Origin: Chiloscyllium plagiosum
Lineage: Eukaryota
Direction of reading: 5' to 3'
Length of the DNA: 64,000 nucleotides
Assembly: GCF_004010195.1 (NCBI RefSeq)
Contig: NC_057711.1
Span: 71,462,511-71,526,510, forward strand
Shown: positions 1-13,199 of the stretch, piece by piece
Layout: the number at the start of each line of letters is the position of its first letter
How positions within the stretch are numbered: position 1 is the stretch's first letter
Translations under genes and position numbers: made by a program
The notes under the pieces: generated by a model
What the model saw: only the letters and a program-made list of their open reading frames with translations
Databases searched by the model: none
What the model was told of the DNA's origin: nothing

Positions 1-399
1 TCCAGAGCAATATGTCAAACAGTAAAGTGTCTCTGGATTAGTTGAATTTTCTTTTATGATCTAGGTATGTCTTTTGTGACACACCTTTTCCTCGTGAGCC
101 TATGCTGTTGACTATCTGCTGAGTTATTAACATATTATTGTTCAAATCAAAAGCAGACATATGTTCTGTGTTGTGGACCACAGCTATTGTTTGGATTAGA
201 ATACTGCTTCAAATCCACCTTTTTAAAGTTTTTAAAAATAAATAAACTGTTATGGTTTAGGCAGCCCCTATTGGCGCACTGCAACAGTGTTAACAGAACA
301 TTAAAGGAAACATCCAAAGGTAACTTATCAAAGTTAAACTAAAACATTACATTTTCTGAGTTGGTGATGTATACCAGCCCCTGCAGAGACCATGGGTCA

Positions 400-790
400 T
401 AAAGGCCTGTACAGTGCTAGTGTTCCCCTCCATAGAAGCCCAAGCACAAACATTAAGTGATAGTCAGGTGTGACTGTGATCTTTCTCCATCCTGAAAATA
501 TACCCAGACCAGCAAAGTCACTTGAAGTGTTAACATATATGAGAGCTTTGCCACTGAGAGACATGTCATCCTCATGATTTTACTCTTCCATGAGATGCTC
601 AGAATATGTTGTAAACAGCGAAGGTGACAGTTGTTGATCTTCTTTTCTTTTTAGTTATCACCAATGTCTCAGTCATAACACGGACTGCGTAAACCAGCAT
701 CTTGGTCTTAAGCCATCCTGACGTTATTCCAAACATGTTTTCTGAGATGTCAAGTGTTGATCATAAATCCAAGGTCCAAATTTACATGTT
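400..790 (-). mobile_element. Decayed RTE-clade LINE, C-terminal ORF fragment
   Basis: The minus strand translates with frameshifts to LRKHVWNN..KTKMLVY..HLRCLQHILSISWKSK..WSGYIFRME, resembling the RTE region after the RT domain (KTKxxVY..HLRCLRRILxISW..LRWxGHVxRM). Confidence 0.7.
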
Positions 791-2154
791 TGCTCAGTCA
801 TGCCAAAGAAAAGGAGTTATTGAATGCTGGCTTTGAAATGTTGATATATGCTTTTATTACCAAGTTTTCTTTGGCTGCATTACTGGGTTATAATTGAAAA
901 CTGAAGGTAATTAAAACTATAACACATCATTTAGTTGTTAATTATTATATTATCCTATGAAGATTCAGCAGGTGACGTAACATTATAGATATTTAATGTT
1001 ATTTGCAATTTTGCATGTAATATTGATTACATACTTATTGCCCAATCTCCAGCTTCCTGAGATTTTTGTTGCCAATAATTATTAATGCCCATCTACTTTG
1101 TGAGGTCAAATACAAAAGAGTCAACTTCATTAATGAATCAATTTATTTGAGTAATGTTGCTACACTTGCATTGATACTTAGGGGACTTGTCAGTTTTACT
1201 GGTTAGTCACCTATCTTTTTAAATTAATTTTCTTAATTGATCCCAGTGTCTTTGTTTTGGCTGTAAATTAAGAAGTTTGCACTATCATTACCATGTATGT
1301 TTTCAAATATTAGCCCAGTGATGAAATACGATACTATAGTGAAGAATTGGATATAGCTGCACCCATTCGCCACAATGAGCGCCCTTAGAACTCCAAGATG
1401 GTGACTAGGACCCACATGTTCAGATTTTACGTATGCCAGCTACCATCCTGATATAGGTATCTAGTGTCTGCGCAATGAAAGTCTGCTTTAAAATAAGTTA
1501 GACCAGGTCAATCTGATGTTACTGATCTCATGCCAGCGCTGTTGTTTAGAAGCTCATCAGAGAAGCAAAAATCACATTCTCAAGTTCCTACATCTGATCC
1601 ATATGCTAATCAACAGGAAGGACACCACCAGAGGCCCCTCCCCCATACACATGACCCAAATGCTTTCCACCACAAGTATTATGAAAAAGGAGCTTTGGTT
1701 ACTGACAGTCTTCAGGGAGTGTTATGATAATGTCTCAATAGATTTTCCTGACTTAAAGAATTCTACACAAATCTCTTACTCCCTGATACAGATGCACTCA
1801 TAGGCCTTGGCATTGAAATAGACCAAGGATAAAGACAATAAGCAAAAGGCATGCAGGGAAGGCCATGTTTGTCAGGTAAAGCCTCTGAAAGAATTAAAGT
1901 TGATATTGCGTTAAGTTCCATGCAAATTGATGCTGTCACACAATCATTGGTATGATGTAGTTGAGATCGGTTTGAGTTCCTAACTGAAGCAGATATGTTC
2001 TACACAGCCCCAGATAGTCCTAAGTAATTATACCTAGCAAGTTCATGTAGACTGTACCTGTTGCTAGTCTGTAATAAACAACCTGTTCTGTAAGACAAGC
2101 GCCTTTTCTATTTCAAGTTACCAATCATCTATCCTCTACCAATTATGCTTACAA

Positions 2155-2477
2155 TTAGAATCCCTACAGTGTGGAAACAGGCCCTTCAGACCAATAAGTT
2201 CATACCAACCCTCCGAAGAGCACCCCACACAGACCCATTCCCCTAACCTACATTTACCCCTGACTTAATAATCTACACCATGGACAATTTAGCATGGCCA
2301 ATTGACCTAACCTGCATATCTTTAGACTGTAGTAGAAAACCAGAGCACCCGGAGGAAACCTGCACAGACACAGGAGAATGTGCTAACTCCACACAGACAA
2401 TCATTGAGGCTGGAATCGAACCCGGGTGCCTGGAGCTGTGAGGCATTAGTGCTAATCACTGAGCCACTATGCTGCCC
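2155..2477 (-). mobile_element. HE1/V-SINE, near full length
   Basis: tRNA-like head with A box TGGCTCAGTG and B box GGTTCGATTCC, V-domain (GTGTGGAGTT..GGTTTCCTCCGGGTGCTC) and CR1-like tail CTGTTTCCACACTGTAGGGATTCTA. Confidence 0.93.
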
Positions 2478-2979
2478 TACTAGGCAGATCCTAGACTTTG
2501 CGTGAAAAATAGGAGGATTGGTGGTTGCAATTTACCCAAACCAGAATATGACATGGTGATCGGCAGTCAGCAGGCAGAATTCATTTGACCCTGAAGAAAG
2601 AAGAAAAATATATTTGAGGAAAATTATTTCCCACTTTAGGAGCTTCAGTGCATTAAAGAGATGCAAACAGTCAGCAACAGAGTTGCACAAAAGATATAAA
2701 CTGTCAGCAGTAGTCATGGGAGCAGCATCAGAATGAGCTCAGCATTTGAGAGTAAAACACTCGCTAAGAAGGTGGTGACAGGTGCAGGGAGAATAGTGTG
2801 AACTAGAGTAAGAGAAAAAGCCAGCCATTACTGAGAAAATGACAAAGGCTTTAAGAAATAGACACAAAAGGAAACAACTGAAGGCTCCAGGAATAAAGTT
2901 AGATATTACTGAGAAAAAAAGGAAAGAGTTTACAAATAGAGTATCTGCTGCCAAAGTATAAAATATTGCTGCCAGGACC

Positions 2980-3320
2980 CACCCATGCACTGATAACCTA
3001 GTGATATCACTTGGTTACAATAAGATCTGTATTGCCAGTATTTACAGGCGATATCACAACACAAGTGCATGGTCTTATTGGGACCTGCACATGTGGAGAA
3101 TGGGAACGATGACCCGAGATGTACACTTGCATTTAAACAGCTGTGAATAAATAAGAGTTGAATGAAAAGTGTTTCGGCTTGGAAGCTGAGGCTCGGATTG
3201 CAGGCTGCCAATTGGTATGGAGTGATCCTTTGTCTGCGGGTTCAAGCGCAATGGGAGTACCATTTGACCTTTAAATTATACCTTAATCATCCCCGTAGAG
3301 GAACAGGCACTTTGTAACCC
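2980..3320 (-). mobile_element. Possible highly decayed PIF/Harbinger transposase fragment
   Basis: The minus strand gives GD..GYNLKVKW / LPLRLNPQT, loosely like GDKGYPLxxWLMTPLRNPQT of Harbinger transposases. Weak match. Confidence 0.3.
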
Positions 3321-3359
3321 CTCCCCACCCCCATCTCAAAGAGCATCCTACGGCAAAAG

Positions 3360-3402
3360 CAGCACATTGTTTCAATTATTACAGCACATTGTTTCAATTA
3401 TT
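3360..3402. repeat. 22-bp tandem duplication CAGCACATTGTTTCAATTATT(A)
   Basis: Two adjacent copies read directly. Confidence 0.9.
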
Positions 3403-4879
3403 TTCTCACTGCGGGCGAAAGTTGCTGCTGAGAAGGAAAGGAAACCATGCTTAGGTGAGATCTGCCAGAAGCATGTGATGCTCTCTTTCTGCCCAGTGTG
3501 TCAAATCACATTATAATTGAACCAGCAGTGCCATCTTTGCAATTGGCATTTGCTGCTGTCACTGAGCAGTGACGTAGCACTGCAACTTTGTGTTCTTTCC
3601 GTAAAACACTCCTTTCTCCACCTAACAGTGACAATAAACCAAATGGCAGAAAGACTAGAAAGAGAAGTTAAGGGAGTTTTTAAAAAAATGAGCTCTCACA
3701 TCTCAAAAATGAGCGATACCACTATCACAAGTAATGTCCATAAGCACACCTGGCAAGGACAGTGAAGGATCACAAATATTTTATACCAGAACTGAAGGCA
3801 TCAGAATCTCTTTTGCAGAAACACAAAAATATTACGATGCAGAAGGCTACCATTCAGCCCACCATGTCAGCAAAGGAACACATGACTTAGTGCCATTCTT
3901 CTGTTTAGCATTGCTTCTACTTTAATATGCAACCAATGCCTTTTGAATGCCTTGTTAAATTTGAAAAGGTGCAAATTTAGATAAATTTAAGGCAAGTGTC
4001 ACAGAAGAAGGCATTTCAGAAAAAGCTTAAGATTTGAAAAATCCAGGACATGGTAATTTAACTGCAATTTAGGTGAGGAGATTTATAAAGATACCGACCA
4101 GAGAAGGTTACAAAATATTGCAGAAGCAAGTGTATTGTTGTTTTGGACCTAGAAGTCAGGAAAATATTTGTTTTGCCCAGGATGAAGTGAGAAAACTCTA
4201 TTTTGGCTGCAAAAGATGGGCAAAAACAAACCTGGACCAAAAAGCCCCACTTTGATTGTTAAACAAAGCCAGAACATCCAATTGATGGTACAGAGAGTTG
4301 GCATTCCATTGAATCAGAATTTAAAAGCCTGAAAGTAATAAATAACTACCAGCCATTTAGCAGAATTGAAAGCTTTATTGGAAGAATTCGATACAATGCT
4401 GCTATAATGCACTGTTTAAATGGTTGGAAGAAACTTTACAGCAACAGAATTTAAAATTGCATTCATGAATTCCAGAATGCAAGCTGTGAATTGTAAACAG
4501 CATTGAAATGCCATAGATGTAAACAACTTAATAGTAATTTTAAAAATTCATTGAGAAGACATGGAAGGAGAAATAATGCTTCCTCAAAGATTTAACATTA
4601 TAAATGGAACATAAGAGTACCCACAACTGGACATCATGGAGAAGACAATTCTTAAAAAACAGAATTACTTCAAAATAAAGCATGAAATCTGAGGCTGAAC
4701 AAGTTGCTACATTAGTGCAGGAAAGTGACTTTGAAGTAGATGATCAGCCATAACCCAATTAATTGGCAGATCAGGTCTGATTGCCCATTCTAGAATATCC
4801 CTGGTGAAAATATAGGCTGCACTGTATCTGCACTCAGCCTTAGTCTGGGGAGTAGGGGTACGTTTTCAGGGACTGCTGA

Positions 4880-5143
4880 ATTCTGAAGAAGATTCATACC
4901 GGACTCAAAACATTACTCTGTTTCTCTCTCCACAGATGCTGCCAGACCGATTGAATTTCTCGAGCACTCTCTGTTTTGATTTTAGATTTCATCTGGTTTC
5001 ATTTCCAACGTTTACAGTACTTTAGTTTCAGTTACTGCAAATGTCGGAGTTGGAATCAGATGAAATCTGAAATCAAAACAGTAAGCGCTTGAGAAATTCA
5101 ATAGGTCTCATTTCATCTCCACATTTGCAATACTTTAGTTTCA
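4880..5143 (+). mobile_element. Decayed PLE terminus (family 3) with tail-to-tail inverted duplication
   Basis: CTGAAGAAGATTCATACCGGACTCAAAACATT head followed by CTCTCCACAGATGCTGCCAGAC. About 4945-5020 is inverted at about 5032-5108. Confidence 0.75.
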
Positions 5144-5629
5144 TTTGAGTATTTTTAATTACTTGCTGTACCTGCATATTAACTTAGTTTTTGTGACTTT
5201 TCCAGAATGCCTAAGTTTTAGAACTTAGCAGTTGTTCTTGATTCAATTAATATTCCACTTTTTATTTACTCGTCCTGCTGAAGACAACAACTTTACTTTT
5301 TCAACCCTTATTCTCCATGTGACAGATTTTCTCACTCTCTCAACTTATCTATATCACTCTCCATAAGCCTTCTTCACACCATACTTTCCTCCCTATCTGA
5401 GACAACTGGGGGATGATGTTCTCACTTTAATTGTTATGGTGCCATCTCCAACCTCAGATCAGGGCAAGGACAGCATTGTAATGGTAATGCAGTGACTGAG
5501 CTTTTAGTTTCTGACACCTTCGAGATTTGACATAAAATGTTTGTGACATCTTGAAATTTGCACAGTCTGTTACAAAATTAAATTACTGAGGCCCAATATT
5601 CAAAGGTAGTGACCTCCTTTTATTCACTT

Positions 5630-6080
5630 TCACTAAGGACAAGTTGATCAAATCAACATGTGACTTTGCTAGATTACAGTTCTCCCAATGTTGCAGAGTA
5701 CCATTGACAGTATATGTCTCACCGGGCTGGTACAGCCTATCAACAATGCCATGTAACCGAACCAAAAGTGATTCCACTTTCATTGTTCACTTGGTGTGTG
5801 CCCACGGCCATACACAGACTCTTGTGCAGGCTGATGCCTAGAAGCCTGCAAACTGACATGATGCCTTCAATCTGCTCTCATTGTATTCCAGCCACTAACA
5901 GACATCGCTAGTTATTCTGGTTTGCAGTCTATGTGAGCCTTGCAGCCACAAGGATACTTTAAGGAATGTTGAATGAATGATTTCCCCCAACTTGCACCAC
6001 TTTGGATGAGTCGTATCGAATTTGTCTCAAGATTTGTGGTGGACTGTTGCACAGTGCGCAACCTTGCCATGATGTGGAGA
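5630..6080 (+). pseudogene. Decayed PIF/Harbinger DDE transposase
   Basis: Reads DFARL..PMLQSTIDS..IVHLVCAHGHTQTLVQADA*KPAN*HDAF ... VSRFVVDCCTVRNLAM, collinear with GFPxVQGAIDC..NVQLVCDH..ARYPGSxHDAF..VSxxVVVCCxLHNLA. Contains stops and frameshifts. Confidence 0.8.
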
Positions 6081-6559
6081 TATCACTTACCACCAGCTGT
6101 CAGATAAGACACTGAGCAGCAGGCAGCAGCAAAGATGAAATGGAAAGGAGTTCGAACTGAGACAGTCCCTGACTGCACTGTTTGTGACTGAAGAAATAAT
6201 TGAACTGTGAAGCTGATAAACATATCTCCAGTTCCTCATTCCCAAACATACCAAACGCCTTATCACTGAGAATCACATAATTTATCCACAAGATAAAAAT
6301 AAAAGCCACTGTGAAATAAAGCTTCCAATCCAAATTTCTAAATCAAGGCATGATTTATTGCACGTAAATGTCAACTTATCCCTCATGTGCATTCCCTTAG
6401 TTTCTGTCTAATGAAGGCTTTGGCTGTCCTCATGCCCCTACACAGTAGTTGAAGTATTGCTGGTAGAAAACCAATGGCTCTCAGTGAGCTGACTGCAGCT
6501 GGCCTTACTGCAGTCTATAAATCAATCTGGGCATTGAAGACCCAACCTCAGACTGGACC

Positions 6560-7470
6560 ACTTTGACTAATGACAGGCGTTTATACTGTTTGGTTGTCTT
6601 ACAATAACAAGGGAACTGGAAAAGGCTGTATAGTGGGAAGATGGATAGTGCCATTCTGAGAAAGGAAGCAGGCTCCTACTCCATACTGTAACTTTGTGGG
6701 TGTGTCTCAGCAATCTTGCAACTTGCAAGAAGATGGGTAGCTGGACAATAGTGAGAGCCGATAATACTGCTATCTCCAACCCTGTTAGCAGAATCTGAGC
6801 TTGCAAACTTAGAAGCTGCATGTTCTTCAACAAAAGCTGAGACATTGGTCTTCAGTTGATGCATCATGGGACGATCCATTTGAGTATTATTGCAAGTGGT
6901 CACCACTTCAATATTGACATTTCAGTTCTGCACAAAGTCCTGTGCTACATTCATGACCTTTAACATTGTACACAGGCTTTTCAATGCACCAGCCATTTTA
7001 TTGTGCATATCCAACAGCTTTTGTCTATATTCTGCCTTATTAAAGTCCTCATCTGTGATTTCAGTGGTAGGTATCTTTGTGTCACTCATTCCTCTGGCAA
7101 GCTGCCATCTGGCCCCACTGCCTTGCCCACTGTCCTTTGTCTCATCACAGCAAACCCTGCCTCTGATTATGTTTTTCTGGGCTGGAAGCAGTTGGAGTAT
7201 CTGAGCTGCTGACTGCAGGCAGGATTTAATCTGCTCAATAGATGCTGGCTGGGAGGTAGAGGATGCTGTCACAGAATCAGGAGGGAAGCTGGGGGATCAT
7301 GAGGAGTGGTGTTCCTACCACCTTCCTCCCTGCGGTTCAGTCAGAGGATAAGGTGGTGTGAGAAACTGAAGGGTAGACTTCCTGCCTGGAAATCAACTGA
7401 AATCTGTAAGTGGCTGGGTGTTGCTGGAAGAATACCAGTGTTTAGGGACACTTGCTGATTGGGTGTGGAA
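6560..7470 (-). pseudogene. Decayed Harbinger accessory (presumed Myb/SANT-like) gene, C-terminal part
   Basis: ORFs 6922-7272 (DEDFNKAEYRQKLLDMHNKMAGALKSL) and 6676-6906 resemble the coiled-coil tail of the Harbinger second gene as I recall it. It lies convergent to the transposase fragment; the Myb domain itself is not visible. Confidence 0.55.
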
Positions 7471-7472
7471 GG

Positions 7473-7670
7473 TATTGAATTGAATTGAATTTATTGTCAC
7501 GTGTACTGAGGCACAGAGCAATACAGGCAGATCACAGAGTTAAGTAGCATAGATAAGTCAATCATGGGTAAACAGCGGCAAAAACGAAAACACAGGTACA
7601 GGCGAATGTTAAGAGTTTGTGAGTCCATTCAGTATTCAAACGACAGTAGGATAGACAGTACAGTAAGTAC
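7473..7670 (-). mobile_element. Rex1/Babar LINE 3' end
   Basis: (AATTC)n tail and TTTATTGTCACGTGTAC..CAGGCAGATC, similar to the 3' end of the Rex/Babar copy at 13200. Confidence 0.6.
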
Positions 7671-8559
7671 CTGTCCAAGTGAAGAAGCTGGCCTAGTGGA
7701 CAAACAGAGACCTCCTTGCAAAGGCACATTAATGCCAGGCAGTTAAATGTTGTGTGGGAACAGAATCAGCATTGGAGGTCCTGGAAAAAGCAGAGGCAGG
7801 ACTTCCCTCAGATTTTTAGCCTGCCTTCAAGGCCACTACTATCACTATCAAACTTAATCCTGTAAGTGTGAAGCCAAATGATGGTGAGTCTTCAAACTTC
7901 ATTGCCAGGTTAGGCAGCACTTCATTGTAACTGAAGAAGAAAAGGCATAAGGATAAGGTTGTGCTCAAGGGAGAGGCTAAATGATGTGAAGCATGCTTCT
8001 ATACACCATCTACAGCTTATATATCAGGAGAGATTGTGCAATACAAAGTAGGATTCAAGAAGAAGATTAAATACTGGAAATTGTGGCAGATTCAGCATAT
8101 GAAAAGACCCTACATTTTCAACAATCCCATTTTTGCATACATTCAATGTATAAATTGACCCCCATTTTCAACCACTACAGGTTCTATTACATTAATAGTC
8201 AGCTTCAATTTATCATCAGGGATTGTTGGAAGGTGAATGTTGGGAAGGGGTATTGGAGAAATGGCTATGACTAGTCATGCAATTGACAAGCTGTGGCATT
8301 TGAAGATGAATTCACTGACCTTGTGCACACATATAAGATCATTAAACCCCCTGCAGGACTATAACCAAGCCTCTCAGAACTAGGCACCTAACAATAACCT
8401 TTATGACTCTACTCTTCCAATGCCTTTACATTGTGTGTCTGGTGTGTCTCCCAGTCCTCAGCAGATACAGGATTACTCGCTTCCTTCTATTTCCTCCACC
8501 AAGATTTCCATTGCAATGTTAAAATACCTCATTTCTCATACTGTTCTTTTTTGCCTTTA

Positions 8560-8815
8560 ATTAGATTAGATTTTTAGATTACATTACATTACAGTGTGGA
8601 AACAGGCCCTTCGGCCCAACAAGTCCACACCGACCCACCGAAGCGCAACCCATCCATACCCCTACCTTATCTCTTACCTAACACTACGGGCAATTTAGCA
8701 TGGCCAATTCACCTAACCTGTACATCTTTGGATTATGGGAGGAAACCAGAGCACCCGGAGGAAATCCATGCAGACATGGGGAGAACATGCAAACTCCACA
8801 CAGTCAGTCGCCTGA
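8560..8815 (-). mobile_element. HE1/V-SINE, 5'-truncated
   Basis: V-domain and tail with (TAATC)n microsatellite. Confidence 0.92.
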
Positions 8816-9029
8816 CTGTAATTCTTCAGTAAGATTCAATTTAGTCCCCTTTTGATTATAAAAAAAATTCATGTGATACTTAGCAGATTACTTTAGTGCT
8901 TTAACACTTTATTAAAGCAGAGGACATTGGAACAAGAACCTTCATATCAACATATCAACAGTAATGTATTTATTTTGGACAATCGTTAATAATACCCTGA
9001 TTCCTGGATTGCTCAATGAAATTTTTTAA

Positions 9030-10070
9030 AAATTTATTTGTGACATATATCATCACTAGAAGCCTGGCATTTGTTATCCTAATTGCCATTGAGTACTGCT
9101 GCAGGCCAAGTAGTATAGATAAACCCACAGTGCAGTTTGCATGGGAGCTCCAGGATGTTCATCCAGCACCAGCGAAGGATCAGTGATGTAATTCCAAATC
9201 AGAATGGTAAATGATTTGGAGGGAAACTTGTGGTAGTGCTGTTTTCATGCAGCTGCTGAGCTTGTCCTTCAAAATGGGAGAGGCCAGGGGTTTGGAAGGT
9301 GCTGTTGAAGAAGGCTTGATGAGTTACTGCAGTACATCATGTCTATGGTACACCCGAAGGTTAATGAGAACGAACATGGTAATGAGATGGTGATATCTAG
9401 CCTCATGTAACTGTGAGGTATATGAGACTGTGGAATAAAGGTGCAATATTCTGTATTAGTATTTACAGAGAGCACTATTATGTACAATGTTGTAAATAAG
9501 AATTGGCAGAAATGCGCCAGTATCAGACAGCAGTCACTCTTTGGCAAACAGATGCCATAATGGACAATGAGCTGCCAGAAGAAATGGGGACAGCTATCTC
9601 TCCAATGTGCTGACAGCAGCCCAAGTCACAAAATTGTGGCAACACGAATCATATCCTGCAGCCATGGTGCAAGGATGGACAGACTTTGAAGAGATGGGGG
9701 ATGAGTTACTCAGCGCAGCGATTCCATCTCTGACATGCTCTTGTACCTGCAGCACTGACTCAGTTAGGTTTCTTGTCAAAGGTATCCTCCAGAAGTCGGC
9801 AATGTTAAGGCACTGAATGTCAAGAAGAGAAAGTTAGGTATCTCTTTGGAGGTGGTCATTGCCTAATTTGTTTGCTCTGCATGTTCCTAGTCAGTTTTCA
9901 TCTTAAATCTTAACGTATCTCGCTGCATGTGAGCTGCTTTATCAACTGAGATGAAACTGAACATTGTGAAATCATCAGTAAGCATCCCCATTTCTGTGCT
10001 AATGATGGGGGACAGGGGATGGTAATTCGTGATTGTGTCATTGAAAAGGTTTGGTCTCAGATACTGTTTT
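9030..10070 (-). mobile_element. CR1/L2-group LINE (family B), 3' part, interrupted
   Basis: 3' end shared with the copies at 14690 and 46105. ORF 9887-10075 EMGMLTDDFTMF is a decayed (F/Y)ADD RT motif. Unrelated sequence lies at about 9400-9775. Confidence 0.7.
9530..9775 (-). mobile_element. Possible Harbinger accessory-gene fragment
   Basis: ORF 9594-9779 (VLQVQEHVRDGIAALS..VSTLER) resembles the coiled-coil tail type seen at 6.9 kb and 49.5 kb. Confidence 0.35.
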
Positions 10071-10367
10071 AACATTCAGCATAAAAGTTTCAGAAAAGAT
10101 TATTGGAAGCATCTATTCAGTTGAAAAATTTTCTTTCTACCTCTTCACTGTTTTGTAGGTGTCAGCATTCCTTTTCTGCTTGTCTGAGTGAAAACACTTC
10201 ACAAATGAAATTATAAAGTGATGAAGAAATTGTCTAAAAACATTGGTAACAGGTACAAACCCCTATTCAAACCTCTCAAACCCATTCCATTATTCAAGTC
10301 TGCAGTTGTGTGAACCATTTTTTAAATATAAATATCCATTTTGTCTTTAGTTAATTGGAACATTTCT

Positions 10368-10460
10368 TAAAGCAAAGAATTGCGGATGCTGGAAATCTGA
10401 AATAAAAATAGAAAATACTGATTTACTTAGCAGGTTTGATAGTAAATGTGGAATTAAGAG
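10368..10460 (-). mobile_element. Decayed PLE 3' terminus
   Basis: AAAGCAAAGAATTGCGGATGCTGGAAATCTGAAATAAAAA is the reverse complement of the ..CCAGCATC(T/C)GCA.. PLE end. Confidence 0.6.
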
Positions 10461-10786
10461 ACATATACAGTTAATTGGATGGATATGGCATGTCTCCACA
10501 TGGTGTAAAACAGGTTGGGTGGTTAGTTCACCACCTTCCTCCTACCCCTCCCACCCACAATAAGGGACAGTGGGCAGGCTTAGAAATTAGCAAATCACCC
10601 ACCATTTGTAAATAAACTATTAAGTCAACCAAGATTGCAAAAGCTCAATTGACACTTAAACTACCCTGTAAAAGGGGTTGGAGTGGACAATGGCCAGCCC
10701 ATTTTAAGAATGTTTTTGAAAGGAAGGAAAAGGAAGGACGAAACTAATATCTTTGGAGGTTGCTCTTTGTGTATCAGTGCGAAAGA

Positions 10787-10933
10787 TAAAGTTGCCACAG
10801 TCCCAGAGGACCATAAGTCTGCTCTCTCACTACAGAGGGACGACTCGTGGTGGGTTAATCTGAGGGTCACCATGCCTCAGACGAAGGGAGAGTCTGAGAA
10901 AGCGAAATCTTCATGGTAACCTCAGCCTTGGTA
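10787..10933 (-). mobile_element. tRNA-derived SINE family C, 3' part
   Basis: Reverse complement matches the body and tail of the copy at 61862-62065 (GAGGTTA..GACCCTCAG..GAGAG..TATGGTC..ACTTTA). Confidence 0.7.
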
Positions 10934-12124
10934 CCCTGTAGGGAAATGAAGCCACATCATCACCTTCCTACCCACAAATCATTTGACATCCCACCAGATC
11001 CTCATCACCCTCCCTTAGGAGGAGCCCCCACTCTGCCCCCAACCACTACCATCACAGTCTCAGTTGGATCTTCAGCCTTCAGTGCCGGCAGTGTTCATTA
11101 AGGATCTCTGGCACTACCGGTATCATTAGAGTTGCCGTGCAATCAGCTTAGCTGGTAGCTCCAGAGGCTGGGACTATCTCCCCATTGAGGGGTGGAATTC
11201 CCACTCTGCTTTAGTTTAGCCTGCTCACAATGCTTTATTGCTGCAGGACAGGCTCTCTCATTACCTGATGACGTCAAACTGTCCACCCACACCTGTATAT
11301 TTCTGCCCAGTGTTTCAGACTTCTCTGATGAGATTACTTTAAAATCCATCTGTCTCTGTTTTGGAAGTTCCAAGTGTGTAAGCATTCACAAACTTTAGGG
11401 AAAAGAGTTCCAGATTTAAAGTATCCTCTGGAGAAATAGATTGCTACCTGAATTGACAATTGAAGGGCTATAGCTTTAATTTGAAGTTTATATTTCCTCT
11501 GTACTCTACCATATCAACCTCATCAATGGAAAGCCTTGTTAAAAGTTTGGAGGCCACCCCTAGTCTGTGTCTCAAGCAGCCAATTAGCAAATGTCTGTAG
11601 GAGTAGTGGAGTCTCATTTCTGCCACTATAAGTTATCTCCAGTCAGATTTCTTAACTTCTAAACAACAAACCCACAAAGCATGAGATGCTTGTCTGGACC
11701 ATTGGGACTCTTCAACATGTTTTGTTGCCTCTGGGAGAGGAACAAAGACACACCAGAAACAGGATATAAACATTCAAATAACATTTCATGCAATATGACT
11801 AACTGTATGGCAATGATTTAGTAATGAAGAGCACACTTTTCCATTTCTGCCCTCTCCAATTCCTGATTTGCTGCCCATTCATTTTCATTCATAGAAAATC
11901 ACAGGCTGGTAAATGTAGCTGTGAAAAAAGTCCCTTGGCAAAGGTCCCCGCTACATTCCCACTGCTTTTGTTACATAAATGAATGTAATTTTAACAAAGA
12001 CAAAAGAGGTTTACAGTTTTAAGCCACTTTTCAGATCATTTGTGTGACTGTGAAGATACTACTTCACTCTAATTCTCTTCCATAGCTTGCATTTAATTAT
12101 ATTTATTAGCATCTGAGTTTTTTT

Positions 12125-12790
12125 TAGAATCGAGAATGATTTGCTCCCAATCTGATTCATTGGGTTCTGAACTTATTGACAAGGTCCAATACATCACCAA
12201 TGCTGACTGTTACATGGAGTTTTGGGGGGCTTTGTGGTACCCTTTCTGATATCTTGATTTTTCTTTTGCATATTCTTCTCTAATTCTGTCAAAATGTTTT
12301 GTGTGTTCCCCATGAGTTTCCCATATTTTGGTTGGCCACAAGCCAGGGTCTCCTGCGAGTTAGGGGGATTGTCTGCTATCCTCAAGGATGCATTGAGGAA
12401 ATTCTTTCAAGGTTTCCACTTTCCTGCTGGGCAGCTCCAGCTGTAATCGGATTCTACGAAGAGCAGTTGCTTTGGTGTCTGATGTCAGACAGAGAGTCTA
12501 TTTGTCCCCACCCAGTGGACCTGGTTTTGAGTGACTAAAGCTTTGAAGTTGATTAAGTTGGCTTGGGTGAGAAACTGCTGCTGGAGCACTTTCTTTGCCA
12601 TCATATCAGCAGCTCTGGAAAAGGCATTGCGGGTGGCACTATTCCTGTGCTGCTGTCCAGGACTATGAAGCATATAGGACCACAGGGATCACTACTGTTC
12701 AGTAAACCATGACTTTAGCCTCAGGCTTGAGCATCTCTTAGCATTTGCCTTCAAGCTTTTGAGATGTATTTCATCTGTTAGAATTAGTTC
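12125..12790 (-). mobile_element. RTE-clade LINE, 3' part
   Basis: ORF 12485-12673 LTQANLINFKALVTQNQVHWVG followed by ..SDIRH/PKQLLF resembles RTE LSxANLPSIEALITQNQLRWAGH..RLPKQLLYGEL. Confidence 0.75.
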
Positions 12791-13199
12791 TATGAATTTT
12801 TATAGGATTAGTAACTGACATTGAACAAGAGGGTAACCAACAAGGAAATAATACTTATAAACAGCACTGTTCAATGTGATTACTGACTATCAACAGCATG
12901 TAGGGTTTCTAAAAGGTCTTTGTTTTACTTTTTTTGCTTGGAAGAAAACATCACTCCCCTAGGACACATTTCTGAAACTCAAGCCTGTACCACGCACAAT
13001 TTTCCAGCCTAAATTGTGAGAATATTGTGTGCAATGGATGCCTGAATTTCTAAGGTCTGCCCACATAGGTGTGTGACTCCACTCCTGGACTACAATTTAA
13101 TAAAATTGCCACATGTAGAAATAACTTTCCAATTACCTGCAGAAGAGCAGGAAAAGCACAACTGATACAGGTGCATGAAAAATTATGGAAATCAGATTT

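Noticed and set aside
1295..1810. ORFs 1516-1803 and 1530-1727 as a host exon or RTE RT fragment; similar hints at about 22750-23200 and 25150-25460
   Set aside because: Only vague RTE-like words are present, with no diagnostic motif or splice support.
2400..2477. tRNA-like sequences with A and B boxes at many positions
   Set aside because: All continue into SINE bodies and none forms a convincing cloverleaf, so they are not tRNA genes.
4060..4320. Possible Gypsy integrase zinc-binding remnant (DEVRKLYFGCKRWAKTNLDQKAPL)
   Set aside because: The resemblance is too weak to call without a profile search.
5630..6080. Host HARBI1 gene
   Set aside because: Multiple stops, frameshifts and deletions indicate a transposon fossil rather than the domesticated gene.
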